A stretch of DNA of 64,000 nt from Bilabrum cf. latius (lineage: Eukaryota): assembly GCA_965178125.1 (NCBI GenBank), contig OZ237758.1, forward strand, positions 620,001 through 684,000. Direction: 5' to 3'. The position numbers and the translations under genes are program-made. Positions 49,781 through 62,439 of this stretch are shown here, one piece after another; within the stretch, counting starts at the first letter, position 1, and each line of letters opens with the position of its first letter. The notes below the pieces were generated by a model that saw nothing but the letters and a program-made list of their open reading frames with translations, did no database searches and was not told the origin of the DNA.

Positions 49781-51758
49781 TCACACCACGGTGGTCTGCA
49801 TCTCGCAGGCGTTGCCCGTGTAGCCCTCGTAGCACTCGCACGTGCCTGCGCCGCGGTTGCACTCTCCCCTGCCAGAGCACTCGATGTTTTCGATGTCGAC
49901 GTTGTCGAAACCGATGCCGGCGACGTTGTTCACCATGTTGGGGGTCTGGTCCGTAACCTCGCACGACCCCGGTAGGTAGAATACAGCCGCGCCCAAGTGT
50001 CTGTCCTAAGCCGTCACGGAGGCAAACTTCAGGTAAGTGTTGGGGATGAACTTCGTGATGTCGAACTTATCCTTGTTTGCGCTGGTGAGCTTGCCGGCGT
50101 ACTGGTAAGGGTATGTGGCGTCGTCGATGTTGTCGACGTGGGGCTTGCGCAGGTAGCTAGTGGCCGTCAGCTCGTTGTCAGAGGCAGTGTCGAAGAGACC
50201 CATGCCGTAGGCAGCGCCAGCATCGGTACCGCTGATGTCTCCGGACCCCATGGTTGCGATCCAGATCTCGTGGTGCTCCCCTGCAGCGGTCGTGTCAGTG
50301 TCCTTGGCGATGATCCATAGGCCGGCCGACGGCTGGTTCACCACCGGGGTGCAAGAGGCGCCCGTGGGGCAGGACAGCACGGAGTCCTCGTGCACGGCGA
50401 CCCACGAGTCCGTGGCGGTGGTGGCGTCGTCCGCGAGGGTTGCCTTGAGGGCGGAGGGGTTCACCCTGGAGAGCTGCTGGGTGGCCACGGTGTCGCCGTC
50501 TGCGTAGTGCATCTCGTATACGGACGCCATGTACGACTGGCGCTCGCGGGGCTGGCAGCCTGCGGTGGCGCACACGTTGGGCCAGCTGCAGCTGAGCAGC
50601 TTTTGCCTGCCGTATAGGTTCTGCTGGTTCTTGAGGTGGTGGAAGGTGACCTTGTAGGCGTTGGTGAGCACCGTGTTTTGCGCGTTGCTGTCCGTGTTGG
50701 AGATCCCCTCGTGGGATACCGTCACGTCGCGCATCGCAAAGTTGGGGAGGGACTCGAGTGCCGCCTCGACGCGTCGTGCGGCGTCACTGTCGGTGCCTGT
50801 CAGGGCCACCAGGGTTGAGCCAGCAAAGGAGCTCGTAGTGGCGGCGTCCTAGTCTCCCCACGCGCCCTCAATGCGACGGGTGGAGAAGTTCTGCCCGAGG
50901 TAGTCTTCGAAAGAGAGAGAAAACTCGTCGTTGACAATGCCGGCCACGGTGGAGGACTCGGTCTCGTCGACTGCGAACGAGAACTTGATCTGCTGCACCA
51001 TCTCCACAGTGTCGTCGCGCTCGCACACCGTCACTGGATCGTCGCCGAATGGGCAATTGCGAAGGGAGCAGTCCGATCCGAACCAGCCGCCATCACACAC
51101 GCAACTCTGGAGTGAAGTCTCGTCCCAGCTCAGCGTGCTGTCCTGCACAAAGTTGGGCAGGTCCTGCAGCATCCGGCACACGCCGTGCCCACTGCAGTCA
51201 TTCGGGCATTCCAAACGTTCGCAAGCAGATCCAGTAAACCCTGCCTCGCACTGGCACGTGCCGGAACCCCTGTCGCAAGTACCGCGGTTCCCGCACTCCG
51301 CGTATTGATGAGGCGAAGTTGCGTCGTTCAGCGCCCAGGCATCTGTTTCAGGCTGCGAAAAGAAGCGCGTGATAAAGAGAGGGAATATTTGTTCGACTCG
51401 AATGCGTACGATTGTTTATATGCTTCCCAGTGGCTAGCTGGGGCTTCTTAGTTTGCAGCGCCACAGCGAGGCAGCGGAGCGCCCGCGCACTCACGCAAGC
51501 TCTTTGCGAGCAGTCAGCCCCCTGATATCCACGCCAGCACAAGCAAATATCATCAGCATAGCAATCTCCGTGCCCGGAGCAAGAGTTTGCTGCGTTTGTC
51601 GAACGTTAGAGGGGAAGAGGTGAATACTAGTGCATGGAGCTGAGCACCGGGTTCCGAGATTTCTGAAATCAGCATGCCAGCGGCGGGCATATCATCTCAC
51701 GGCATCTTGCATATGCAACAGTAGCAGCAAGCGCTGCAATCGTGGCAATACTACGCAT
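49781..51758 (-). CDS. Tubular mastigoneme protein (Sig/Ocm/Mas family, EGF-like repeats), paralog 1
   Basis: Signal peptide, then C|PNSCSGHG...GADCSQR, ECGNRGTCDRGSGTCQC, CPNDCSGHG, CPFGDDP, ALESLPN and a terminal IECSGRGECN...CEMQTTVV. TAG at 50849 and 50006. Confidence 0.85.
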
Positions 51759-51911
51759 GGTTTGTAGTTTTGGCTGTGGAGCAGCGCCACTGCCAGCACA
51801 CATGGGAGAGTTTGAATTGATCGGATCAGCATTTGCCGAATTTCGATGATTTGGGGACGGGCGAGGCGAGCACGACCTTCGCTACTACTGCAGCGGGTCC
51901 AAATTCTAAAC

Positions 51912-53698
51912 ATGAGAACCGTAGCAGCAGCGATTGCCATTCTAGGTGGATATGTTTTGGCTGAATGCCGTGAGGTTCTTTCTTTGGTTGCTCCCCGAAC
52001 CGCCGAGCCGTCCTTCTTGCTTTTCACACCGCGCGCGCGCTCGGATGTTTTCGATCGACGACAACTATTTCGCAGCAAACGCATGCTCAGGACATGGTAC
52101 TTGCGGTTCCAATGACATGTGCAACTGGTGAGGGAATGCATTCACGTCGAATTGCCAGAGCTCGTCGAGCTCCTGCATCGAACGCTGAATCTCCTCGCGC
52201 TTTCATGCATCGCAGCTTTGACAACTGGATCGCTGCAGATTGCTCTGAGCGAGTATGCCCATTTGGTCTTAGTTGGGCCGACTCTGCCCGCGGCGATTTG
52301 AACCACGACGGGCAGATCGTGTCGGGTGAGCCGACATCCAAGCAGCGAACGCCAGAAACTAGACAAATCCAAATCGGCTCCCAAATGTAGCAACTCCTAC
52401 GCATGCAATTATAATGTTTTGCAGACTACTCGGGCTACACTAGCCCCGCGAACTACCACTTCAGGGATGCTGACAAGCGGTACAACAACCTCGTTGAGGC
52501 TCCGCTCGGTTACTACATGACCCAGTGGTCGAACAAGATCGAGTATGAGTACTTCCCGCTGCTGGAGGGTAGCCAAGACGCGACTACCTCGGACCAGCTG
52601 GGCTTTTTCGAGGGTGCCGACAACGAGAATCTTGGTGGCGTCGGGCAGGCCCGATCGGGCGAGGCCCATTTTTACGCCGAGTGCTCGAACCGGGGCTCGT
52701 GCGATCGCAGCTCTGGCGTGTGCTCTTGTTTTGACGGCTTCCAAGGCTCTTCATGCCAGCGCGCGACATGCCCGAACGATTGCTCCGGCCACGGCTCGTG
52801 CCTGAACCTGCGCAACATTGCCCAGGGCACCTCGCTGTCAACACGCGGGCGCAACTACCGGGCAGTCAGCTACTACAACAGCTACACTTCCTTTACTGGT
52901 GTAGACACCGCATTCGAGTACAACCTTTGGGATGCCGACAAGCAGCAGGCGTGCGTGTGCGACAATGGCTACTTCGGCCCCGACTGCTCGCAGCGAGAGT
53001 GCCCCCGCGGAGCCGACCCCCTGACCGTGTCCAAGTACCACTGCGGCAACAGCCCCTGCACCTCGGAGCTCCAGGCCATCCACATCAGGCACCCCGCCAG
53101 CGCGGAGGGAGTCTTCACCCGCCTCGCGTACGTTGACGTGTATGGCGACGGCGTCACGGTCATCTACAGCGAGCCATTCCTGATGCTGCCCGGCCGCCCC
53201 GCCCAGACGTACGCGGACCAGGTGCAGATTGCCCTCCAGTCCTTCCCCAACAACGTCGTCGCTGGCGTGAACGTGACCGTGTCCAACTTTTACGACGGCA
53301 GCACCTCGGCCGTGGTGGGCGCCTACCCGTAGAACCAGCGCCTGAGCACCGCGGGCGACGTGATAGAGCTCCGCGTCGACTTCCGCTACGGCCCCCAGGG
53401 CAACGTGAACGCCCTGCAGATCGTGCAGTACTACCCCAACGGAGGCGCGCCAAGCACCCCGCTGCAGTACAACAGCTGGGCTCTCGACAGCTCGGGTGCC
53501 AAGGCCAGCGCGTCCACCGGCGGCGACAACCGCCCCAGCTACCTGGACGGCTCTGCAGAGCTCATGCCCAAGGACGGCAACCGCCCCAACACCATCTGCT
53601 CGGGCCGCGGGCTGTGCGACTTCAACAACGGAGAGTGCCAGTGCTTCTCGGGCTACACTGGAGTCAACTGCGGGCAGCAAAACGCCCTGGCCGCATGA
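51912..53698 (+). CDS. Tubular mastigoneme protein (Sig/Ocm/Mas family), paralog 2
   Basis: Signal peptide, then EC|PNACSGHG, ADCSERVCPFGLSWAD..RGDLNHDG, EAHFYAECSNRGSCDR, LWDADK, CPRGADPL, LQSFPN and CSGRGLCD...QQNALAA. TAG at 53330. Confidence 0.88.
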
Positions 53699-53907
53699 AG
53701 CAAGTCTGCAACAAGGATTCCGAATTGATACAAGCGCGGATGATGACGTTGGATTGATACCACATATTTCGACATTTCAGGGTTCTAGATACGGTGACAA
53801 TCTCAGATTCTATCCCGTGCATACTGGGTCCAACGCAGCTTGCTGACCAACGCCCCGCCACTAAATAGTATGTACCGTTCCTCCCAGATGATCGCTAATG
53901 CAATCCA

Positions 53908-56900
53908 TTACTGGCGGCCCTGGCGGAAATCGTTGCTCGCCTTGTCCTCGCCACTCGCTGCATTGCCGCCATCGGACGCCATCTACCGCATGAGAGGCCC
54001 GTGGCCTCGCCACACGCCGTCCGTCCCAGAAGCCACGTCCTTGGCCTCCCCACCGCACCACTCCTGCCAACCCACTCGGGGAGGAGGATTCACACCGCAG
54101 CGTGAGCTGAACTGCCCAGTCTCATTAAGAGCAGAGACATCGCAGAATGCCCCGTACTCGGAGTGCATCTGTCTCGCCAAGTCAACGCAGTCTCTTACTC
54201 GCTCCGGCGTTGATGGGTGGGTCCTGTAGTACTCTGCTATGTCTTTGTCCAGCTTCTTGCCATCGGTGCGCTCCCCCTACTTCAGTGCCTCCATCACGCT
54301 CAGCGCCCGGGGCAGGCTGAGCGGATCCATGCACGCCCTTGTCAGGATCGCAACCCCGATCTTGTCAGCCTCACGCTCGTGCTGCCTCGAGAGCGGCAGC
54401 ATCATACCCAGCTGCAGCATGTCGGATACTACCTTGGGGTCCAGTGCCATCCCGAACAGCCGAACCAGTGCGAAGAACGGCATCCACGCGAAGTTCTCCG
54501 TCACATGGCTGGCGAGATCGTGGCCTAGCTCGTGCGCGAGGATGCCTGCAAGCAGAGCAGCTGCCTCCCTGTCGTGGTACTGCCTTGCTGGGTCCTCAGC
54601 CGGCACGGCCGACTGGACATCAGTCCCCCCAAAAATGCCCCAGATGCTTGCCAGCCGTCTGTAGAGCTGCTTGATGCCGGCATTGGATAGAGCAGCAGCC
54701 GCGCTTTCTTCTTCTTGCTGCAGCAATCGAAGCAAACCAGCGTAAGCTGTGACAGCACCTCCAATGCCACACGTCGCATTGATGTGAGGCGTGTCGACCA
54801 CAAAGTACGCCATCCGTGCCGGGCTACCAGCTCTCCCGAGCAGCTTCTCGTCAGCAGTTGCAGTCCTCGGCAGCGTGGAAAGCCCCTGCTGTGCCAGCTG
54901 GTGCAGCACCCGCTCCCTATAAATGGAGTCTGAGCCGCTGTCGTCGGGCTCATGTGCTGACAGGTTGCCAGACACGAGATACTCTAGCAGCTCGGTGAGC
55001 ATCACCCGATCGGCGACCTGAAACGCTGCGGATCCTTTGGTCTGCTGCAGCTACGGAGCGCCGTCTTTGGCGCCGCTGCTCGCGCCTGATGCCTCGGCGG
55101 CAGCGTGCTGCGTACCAGATCGTGTGGCAGTCCGCTTCTCTGCTACCTGCCTCAAATCATGCGGCTTGTGGCCCAGCGATGCCGCCGCCAATTCAAGCCT
55201 GGACCCGATCCTCTCGATAAAGCGCACCGTGGGATCGAAAGCAGGAAGGATGCGGGCCTCGTCTGGTCCCCTGGATGACCAAAAAGGGTGCTGAGCGGGC
55301 GAGCGCCCCGCGATATCACAGTGGGCGGCCACACCGCACGGCACCTTGCCCTCTCCCAGCAGTCGCGCTGCCTCAGCTTGTTCATAAATCACGGAATTCC
55401 ACTCGATTGGATCCATGCCCTTGCTCCCCTCCAGCTGGGCAGGTAAGTAGTTGGAAGCTGCGACCTGCAGCAGGCTAACAGCCTCTTGGTAGCACTTCAG
55501 TTTCTCGACTGGTTCATCGTGATCGTCTCTGGCTGGTCCACTGGCAGGCACTGCACTGGCAGCACCCTCCTTCATGTTGCCGCCACTCTTTGCTGCTTTG
55601 CTATCGGCCATTTCTTCCAGTGCGGTTGCCGCCTCATCGGCGGGGGTCGGATCTTGCAGGGGCTGCATCTCGTGCTTGCCAGAGGCAATCGTGGCCATGC
55701 GTTGGCTGTCGCTGTCTGGGGCTGGCGGACCGCCACCGCCGGCAGAGTCCATTGACAGACTTGGTGGCTAACCGGCTGAACCATTCTACTCGGCAAGCAC
55801 GCGCTATCGATTCGTTCTCGAGCCACCCAGCCTATGGCCTAATTTGTGCTCACCGGTCTTGAGCGGTGGCACGGGGGGCCACAGCTCGGCACTTTCTGAT
55901 GGTGACCCAGCGTCGCTGGCACTGGAAACCCCCACGCCGTGTACGCACAGTGGCTTGAACCTTTGCCTGTCCATCTGCTTGGCAAAAGCGCTGAAAACGA
56001 AGAGCTCGGCTGGCTGCAATGCCTCCAGAGTCTCCATCTCCTCCTCAAAGGCATCTTTCGGAACATCCCCGCGGTTTCCTAAAGACACGCGCCGCAACGC
56101 ATCGCGCCGATACTCTGCGTCTGTCTTTGGCTGACTGGTCGTCGAAGAAGAAGAAGACTGCTGCTGCTGCTTGAGCGCCTAAAGCTCCCAGTCAAATCGT
56201 CGCGGCGCGCCGTCTCGCTACTGCTGCTGCTACTGACCCTGCGGGGGCGGGTGCCTCGCTCTGTGTTCCTTCGCGCACGCCAGAGTCTAACTCGCACATA
56301 CCTTGGCCACAGAGATTGCCCTGGTTGAACTTACCTCCACGAGCGCAGTGGCGAGGTGCTCCAGCCACCGCATGGCTTCCAGCACCTCCTGCTGCCTTGC
56401 CGTGGGGTCAGGGCACAGGTCCTCCTCCTTCGAGTCCTTTTCGCCCTGTGGGACCGATGGTGGAGTGCCGATAAATGAGCTGCGCACCGAGCCGAGCACT
56501 GCAGAGGTTCCTCCGGGCGTCCCATCTGACATGCTTGCTGCCGCTAGAAGAGGGCTCCAGGTGATCCCCAACTCCTCCAGCCGACCAGCAACAGCCTGCC
56601 AGTGCTCACCGACCCCACTTTGGGAGCCTGGGGCAGTTAAAGAGGACTAGGTTTTGCCGGTAGACGTGTTTCCGCTGGCTGGAGTTCGACTCTACGGCTC
56701 CAAGAGCTCTGGATGGATGGATGCTTGCCATGCCCCGATCGTAGCCGAAGCGGCCAACTCTGGCCAGGCCCTGCTACCCGCTATAAGATGTACCAAGAAT
56801 TGAGCCTTTCTGTTGCTAGGATCGGAATAACCTTCGTGCGCCCAAGCTGCGACCTTTCTTGCTCGCACCAGAAGGGCATGCTCCTCGGAAGTCAAGGACA

Positions 56901-57306
56901 CAGCTTGCTGTTGTATGACAGCAGTGGCGAGGCGAGCGTAAAGCCTAGCTAATTGTTCCCAGTTGTCTACCAGCACGAGATGATGCCAGTGCTTAATCTA
57001 CTTCTAGCGATCCACTTCTACGATAAAGCTCCCGACAGAGTTCATCAGCCCTTTGGGCACTGGCATGAGTCTGGTGCGCTCTGTGACCGGTACCTAGTCA
57101 AGTGTAGCCGAAACAAACCAAATACTACTAGCTGTCAGTGACACCAGCAGTGCCCATCGACGCATCGCTACAACTCGCGGCGTACTCTCCTTCACTACGT
57201 GCAGTGTCTTTGCATGCATAGGCGTATACCACCTTGCAGACTTCATGCTTCGCGCTGTGCGCCTCAATACAAGATTAAAACGGACAAAGTTTCGCATGGA
57301 AAGCAT
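53908..57306 (-). CDS. Peptidase M48, OMA1-like zinc metalloprotease with a large insertion (~1130 aa)
   Basis: Mitochondrial-type presequence and TM segment, then LD*VPVTERTR. Later INATCGIGG, LAHELGH (HExxH), SRQHEREAD and RTHPSTPER. Single frame through many TAGs. Ends at TAA. Confidence 0.8.
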
Positions 57307-57462
57307 TTAGATCGTCACTTTTGTTTGTTTTCGCACACGTAGATTTTGTGGGGTGTGATGACTGCTTGTCGAAGATCGCAAATTTGACAAATGGCCAGAT
57401 GCTCAAGGATATGCCTGCTGGCTTCCATCGCTTCACCCACTTTTTCGCGGTAGTCCGCCTCA

Positions 57463-59780
57463 TCACGCTCCCTTGTCGAACCGGATCCTAAGCAGATCCT
57501 TCAGCTCGTTCACCACGCTGTCGTACTGCGGGTCCTTTGCCACATTCGACTGCTCCCCGTTCTCGTCGAAGCTCGTGCAGTCGTCCTCCCGGTGGTCGTA
57601 CAGCTGCACGGACGCCGGCTCCACGCTGAACTTGGGAGCCAGCTTGCCACCGTCCCAGTGCCGATACTCCGTGTACCTCCAGTCCTTGGAACGCACAGTT
57701 AGCCCCATGTGCGTGAATTGCTCCCGCGGCACTTGGATGCATGGGTTATTGTATCCCACGGGCGTCCCTGGTGGCAAAATGGCGCGCAAGCTGGCCATCG
57801 AGGGCTCGCCTGGGACCTCCGCTGCCAGCTCGTCCAGTGAGGCGTTCTCGCACCTGGGGTACACGCTGAACGCCACTGCCTCTTTGCCCGGGATCGGCCC
57901 TGGGACAGGCAGGGTGGGATCCAGCACCACGCGTGCCAGCGACTTGCTGTCGATGCCCTCGTCCTAGTGCGCGTCAGCACCCGCAGCCAGGTCAGCCAGG
58001 GTGGCATAGGCGTCCACGATCTCGACGGGGTCCTCCACCACGCCCCCGTTGGTGTGACCAGGCACGCGGATCATCCACGGGATGTGGGTCTGCAGCTCGG
58101 TGGTTGACATCTTGCAGAACATTGCGTTCTCGCCGAGAGCTGCGAAACGCAGTGTAAGTACACAAAAGTCGTAGCAAGCCAACATAGATGTAGCAAAACT
58201 TGAACATACGGGAGCGGCAATGCACAGCTACATTCAGGTCGCTTGCAATGCAAGGCAGGAAACGAACCAATGCCATGCCATAGACAATCATATTGAGTAG
58301 AGCGCAAGAGAAGTGTTGGCGGGCTAGCAATGACAAGTCCGTTTTGCTCACACCAGCCGTGATCTCCGTGAAGAGACACGATCGTCTCGTTCTCCAGTCC
58401 CAGCCTCTCCAGCTCGTCGAGTACAGAGCCAAGCATGCGATCCAGGTGCGTCACGCCCGCAAAGTAACCCTGCCGCACCTTGCGGATGATGTCGTCGGGC
58501 AGCGGCTTGTACGGGAGGATGGTGAGGTTGTTGTCGGCCACCTCGCTCCGAGCATCGATCGAGTCGCAGGAGTAGTACTCGGGGTAGGGCAGATCTGGCT
58601 CGTTGGTGATCCACTCCGTGTGCTTGGGGAGAGGCACTTGTTCCCTAGGGTACTCGTCGAAGGCCCACTGGGGCAGCGCCCAGAAAGGGTGTGGCTTGAG
58701 GGCGCCGTGGAAGGTGGCCCATGGCCTGGTGTCCTTGCCTGATCGCTGTCTCTCGGCGAGGATCTGCAGGCGAGAGATCGTGGACTGTGCCAGGACGTGA
58801 TCGACTGTCTTGTTCTCTGGCAGCACGCAGCTGAGGGGGTGCTGCAGGGGATCACCTGGCTGGTTGTCGCAGATAGTGATCTGGTGGTTCGGGTCGAAGG
58901 CCGGGAAGCCTCCGTCCTTGGGCTGCGTCCAGCTGTACGGCTCGTCCTCACTGCGAGGATGTGTTTACTACGGCTCATGCTTGGCTAAAGTAAAGCAGCT
59001 AAGAAACGTAGTGCAGTTGCGCTCGACAGAGGCAGGCGGACACGCCAGCATAAGCGCTTCGCAGCTCCAGCGGTGCGTGGCTGGGGCGACCTCACTTCGC
59101 CGGATGGCCAGGGTGAAATACCTTGCCCTGCTCATTTGTGAGATAGCCCAGCTTGTCCTTGAAGTATTGGGGCATCGTGACCCAGCTGGCATTGGTGGTT
59201 CGGAATGAGCCCTTGAAGTTCCAGATCTTTGTATTCTGTGGCAGCCGCCCGGACAGGAAGCTGTTTCGTGAGGCTGCGAGCACCTTGAGAATAGGGACAA
59301 TCAATACTTCAGCCAGAATTAAGGTGGAGTGGTGGAACCTTCGAACTTGATGCTACTATTACAGGTGGCGTAGCCGCGCAATGACTCTCAAGTAATCCAT
59401 CTCACGGCTGCAGACGGCTTGCTGCACGTAAGCCCGCTTGAATATGGTTGCTGACTTTGCAAACTTGGCCAGGTTTGGTGTTTTAACATGCGCGGGGCTG
59501 CGAGGCAAACGCGATGTAAGAAAGCTCCAATGTAATTTAGAATTTCTCTTTATAGGCGAAATTCAGCGGAAAGAAACGGAATGGCTCACTCTGAGATATT
59601 GTACGGTTCCAGTTGCGGCCGAAGATCGTCACAGATGATGTACAGCACGTTCATAGGCTTGCCAGACGGGCCAAGGATTGGGCCGACAGTGCCAACATCA
59701 AGGATCGACGATGCGGAAGCGAGAGCGCCACAAACAGCATAAGTCGCTACAGCAGATATAATTCTGTTTGCTGTAAACAT
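57463..59780 (-). CDS. Secreted sulfatase, iduronate-2-sulfatase-like, copy B (inverted paralog of 47299-49606)
   Basis: Exons are near-identical to copy A, with the same intron positions and the same TAG (ADAH*DEG). The signal peptide differs. Confidence 0.9.
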
Positions 59781-59989
59781 GATTACGCCTCTGAATCTGC
59801 AATTTCTTCAATTGTGATGATGTCTGCCGTTTAATCCGGATCGACCGAACCGATCTTTATAATCAATATCCCGCCCACCACAGTTGAGAGTCAAAAGCAG
59901 GAAGACGGCCCAAAGAAGAAACTTGGCGCAATAAATATCAGCTGTCTGTCGCAAGCTGATCATATCCTCCTGTTTAGCCGGGGGAAACC

Positions 59990-62247
59990 ATGAAGTCAGC
60001 AATTGCAGTTTGCTTTGCTGCATCGATCGCAGCTGCCACAGCGGCGAAGCCGAACATCGTTTTTGTTCTTGTCGACGATCTAGGATCACACGATCTCAGC
60101 TCGATGGGATCAGCGCTGCCCACTCCGAACATTGATTCGCTGCGCGGCAAGAATGCAGTACGGTTGAGCAGCTACTACACGCCATCGCTATGTAGCCCGA
60201 CCAGAACAAGTTTGATGGCTGGTCGGTACCCGTACAGTATGGGAATGGGTCACTTAGTTATCACTGAGGGACAGCCTTACGGACTGCCGTTGAACCATAC
60301 GACCCTCGCGACAGCTCTGCTGAATCAGGGCTACTCCACGCACGGGTACGGAAAGGCAGACATTGGTGAGTGCGGAGACCCCAACTTCCAGTCCTGACTC
60401 TTTTTAGCTAGAATTGCCATGAACTTCTTCCTGGCGTTGTTTGGCGATCACGGCCAATCGGTCTGTTACTCACATAGCTTGATCTGCCATTCCTGACACG
60501 CATGGACTTCCTTTGTCTCCGCAGGTGCTTGCTCTTGGGGCCACACGCCAGGACAGAGGGGATTCCAGTCATTCTTGGGGTACTATGGCGCCACTGAGGA
60601 CTACTACACTCACATGCGCGGTGGGGTGCGCGTGACGGAACCAGACGGCAAAGCCGCCGTGTACGCAGGGTACGATTTCCGCGATTCCAAGACGAGCGGG
60701 CGCAACAACGGGAATTCTGGAGCTGGATAGCGCCCTGCAAACGAGTTGAAGGGGAATTACAGCACCACTGTGCTCGCGGACGCTGCGGTTGCGACCATCC
60801 GGAATCACGCTGCCGCCAACTTGAAGCGAGCATCCCTGAGCGGAGCAATTCCTTTGGACCAGATGGACGATGAGGCGAGCAGCCCGCTGTTCCTTTACTT
60901 TGCCAGCGAAGCCGTGCATACCCCGCTGGAGCTGCCTCCTGACGGCAGTCGCCCAGGTTGCGACCACGTCCCTGCTAGCTTCCCGCACCGGCGCGTGTTC
61001 TGCAGCATGATCGGCGATCTGGATGACGCCATCGGCCGGATCGTGAACGAGCTGCGCACGCAAGGTATGCTGGAGAACACTCTCTTCATATTTTCAAACG
61101 ACAACGGCGGGCACGTGGCCCAGGGGTCCCGCAACTACCCTGTGAGTAGACTGCTTCGAGAGATGGTCCCGTCGGTCCTTTTTCGAGTCTCTAGCTATTG
61201 CATCATTTGCATTGCGAAGCCCCTATTTTTAATCCACATGCGGGGGACCTGCTTTTCTAATCCCGTCGCCCCCCTTGTTCGCCTTATATGTTCGCCTTGT
61301 TTGTTCGCCTTATATGTTCGCCTCGCTGCACGCAGAGCCGCGGAGAAAAAAGTACGTGCTTCGAGGGGGGTGTCAAGGGAACTGGGTTCATCGCATCGTT
61401 CGGGGACGACATCATTCCGCCATCGGTTCGGAATACGGACTGCGGAGCCATGGTCAATGTGGCGGACTGGCTTCCTACCATCATCGGTGGCGTCCTCGGC
61501 ATGGACCCCAGCAAGGAGGTCAAGCAGCCGCTGGACGGGATCGACCAGTGGGCCACTTTGACCACCCCTGGTGCGTGCAAGCAGGCCGAGCAGGCCCTCC
61601 TCGAGCAGAGACCCGGCCTCAACGGTGCGGGGATCGGCCGGGCTGCAGGTGCACCGCAAGGCAGTGCATCCGCCTACCGCACCGAGTCTCTCCTGCACCT
61701 CGACCCCATCGGTCCCTGGTGGTCGGGTGCCTTGCGGCAGGGCAGGTACAAGGTCATCGTGGGGATCCCCACGTACTACCAGGCTCACGCCGGCACGCCC
61801 GGGGGCGGCGGTCCCTTCGGTTGCAACCGCAACGCGAGCGCCGGCGAGTGTCCCAGCGGCTGGACCCCCGAGGTCCCAGGCCTATCTGAGCCCCCACCGG
61901 AGCCGCCCTTGAACCCCGTCCCAGGGCACAACTACCCCTACGTGTGGACCTTTGATCTGGAGAACGACCCCGAGGAGAGGCGCGACCTGACTGCCACACA
62001 CATGCACAACGTGACCATCCCGCTGCTGGACGTGCTGGAGAACAAGTACAACGCGACGCACGTGCCCCAGTTCCATCCCCCCCCCGACTACCAATCTAAT
62101 CCCGCCAAGTTCAACGGGTCTTGGACGCCTTGGCTGAAGGATGGGGAGTGCGCTGACGGGCACAGTCCTGCGGAGGGGGCCCCGAGGGAGTTCTGGCACC
62201 TGGGATTCGAGGAGGCGGATGAGCTGCTGAGGAGGACCGGGGGGTGA
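59990..62247 (+). CDS. Arylsulfatase B/I/J-like secreted sulfatase (3 exons)
   Basis: Motifs PNIVFVLVDDLG, TPNID, LCSPTRTSLMAGRY, RGFQSFLGY, PLFLYFA..AVHTPL, NDNGG, NYP|SRGEK..FEGG and DGIDQW. In-frame TAG at 60728. Confidence 0.9.
61277..61323. repeat. Short intronic tandem repeat (GTTCGCCTT-ATAT/GTTT, ~13-bp unit x ~3.5)
   Basis: Visible directly in intron 2 of the arylsulfatase. Confidence 0.7.
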
Positions 62248-62439
62248 TTGCTAGAGCGATGTTCTCGGGTGGTTTTGCTGCCCCTTGCTGCTTTGTCTAG
62301 ACTCGGTGAAAACCGACTGACAGCGACCTCGTGCGACCGTTGGCGGCGCCGCGGTCGACCACAGACGGAACTAGTGCGAAGATGCCGTTGGAGTTTCTCT
62401 CATGTTGCCACAAAAGACTACTCAAGTTTGCACACTACC

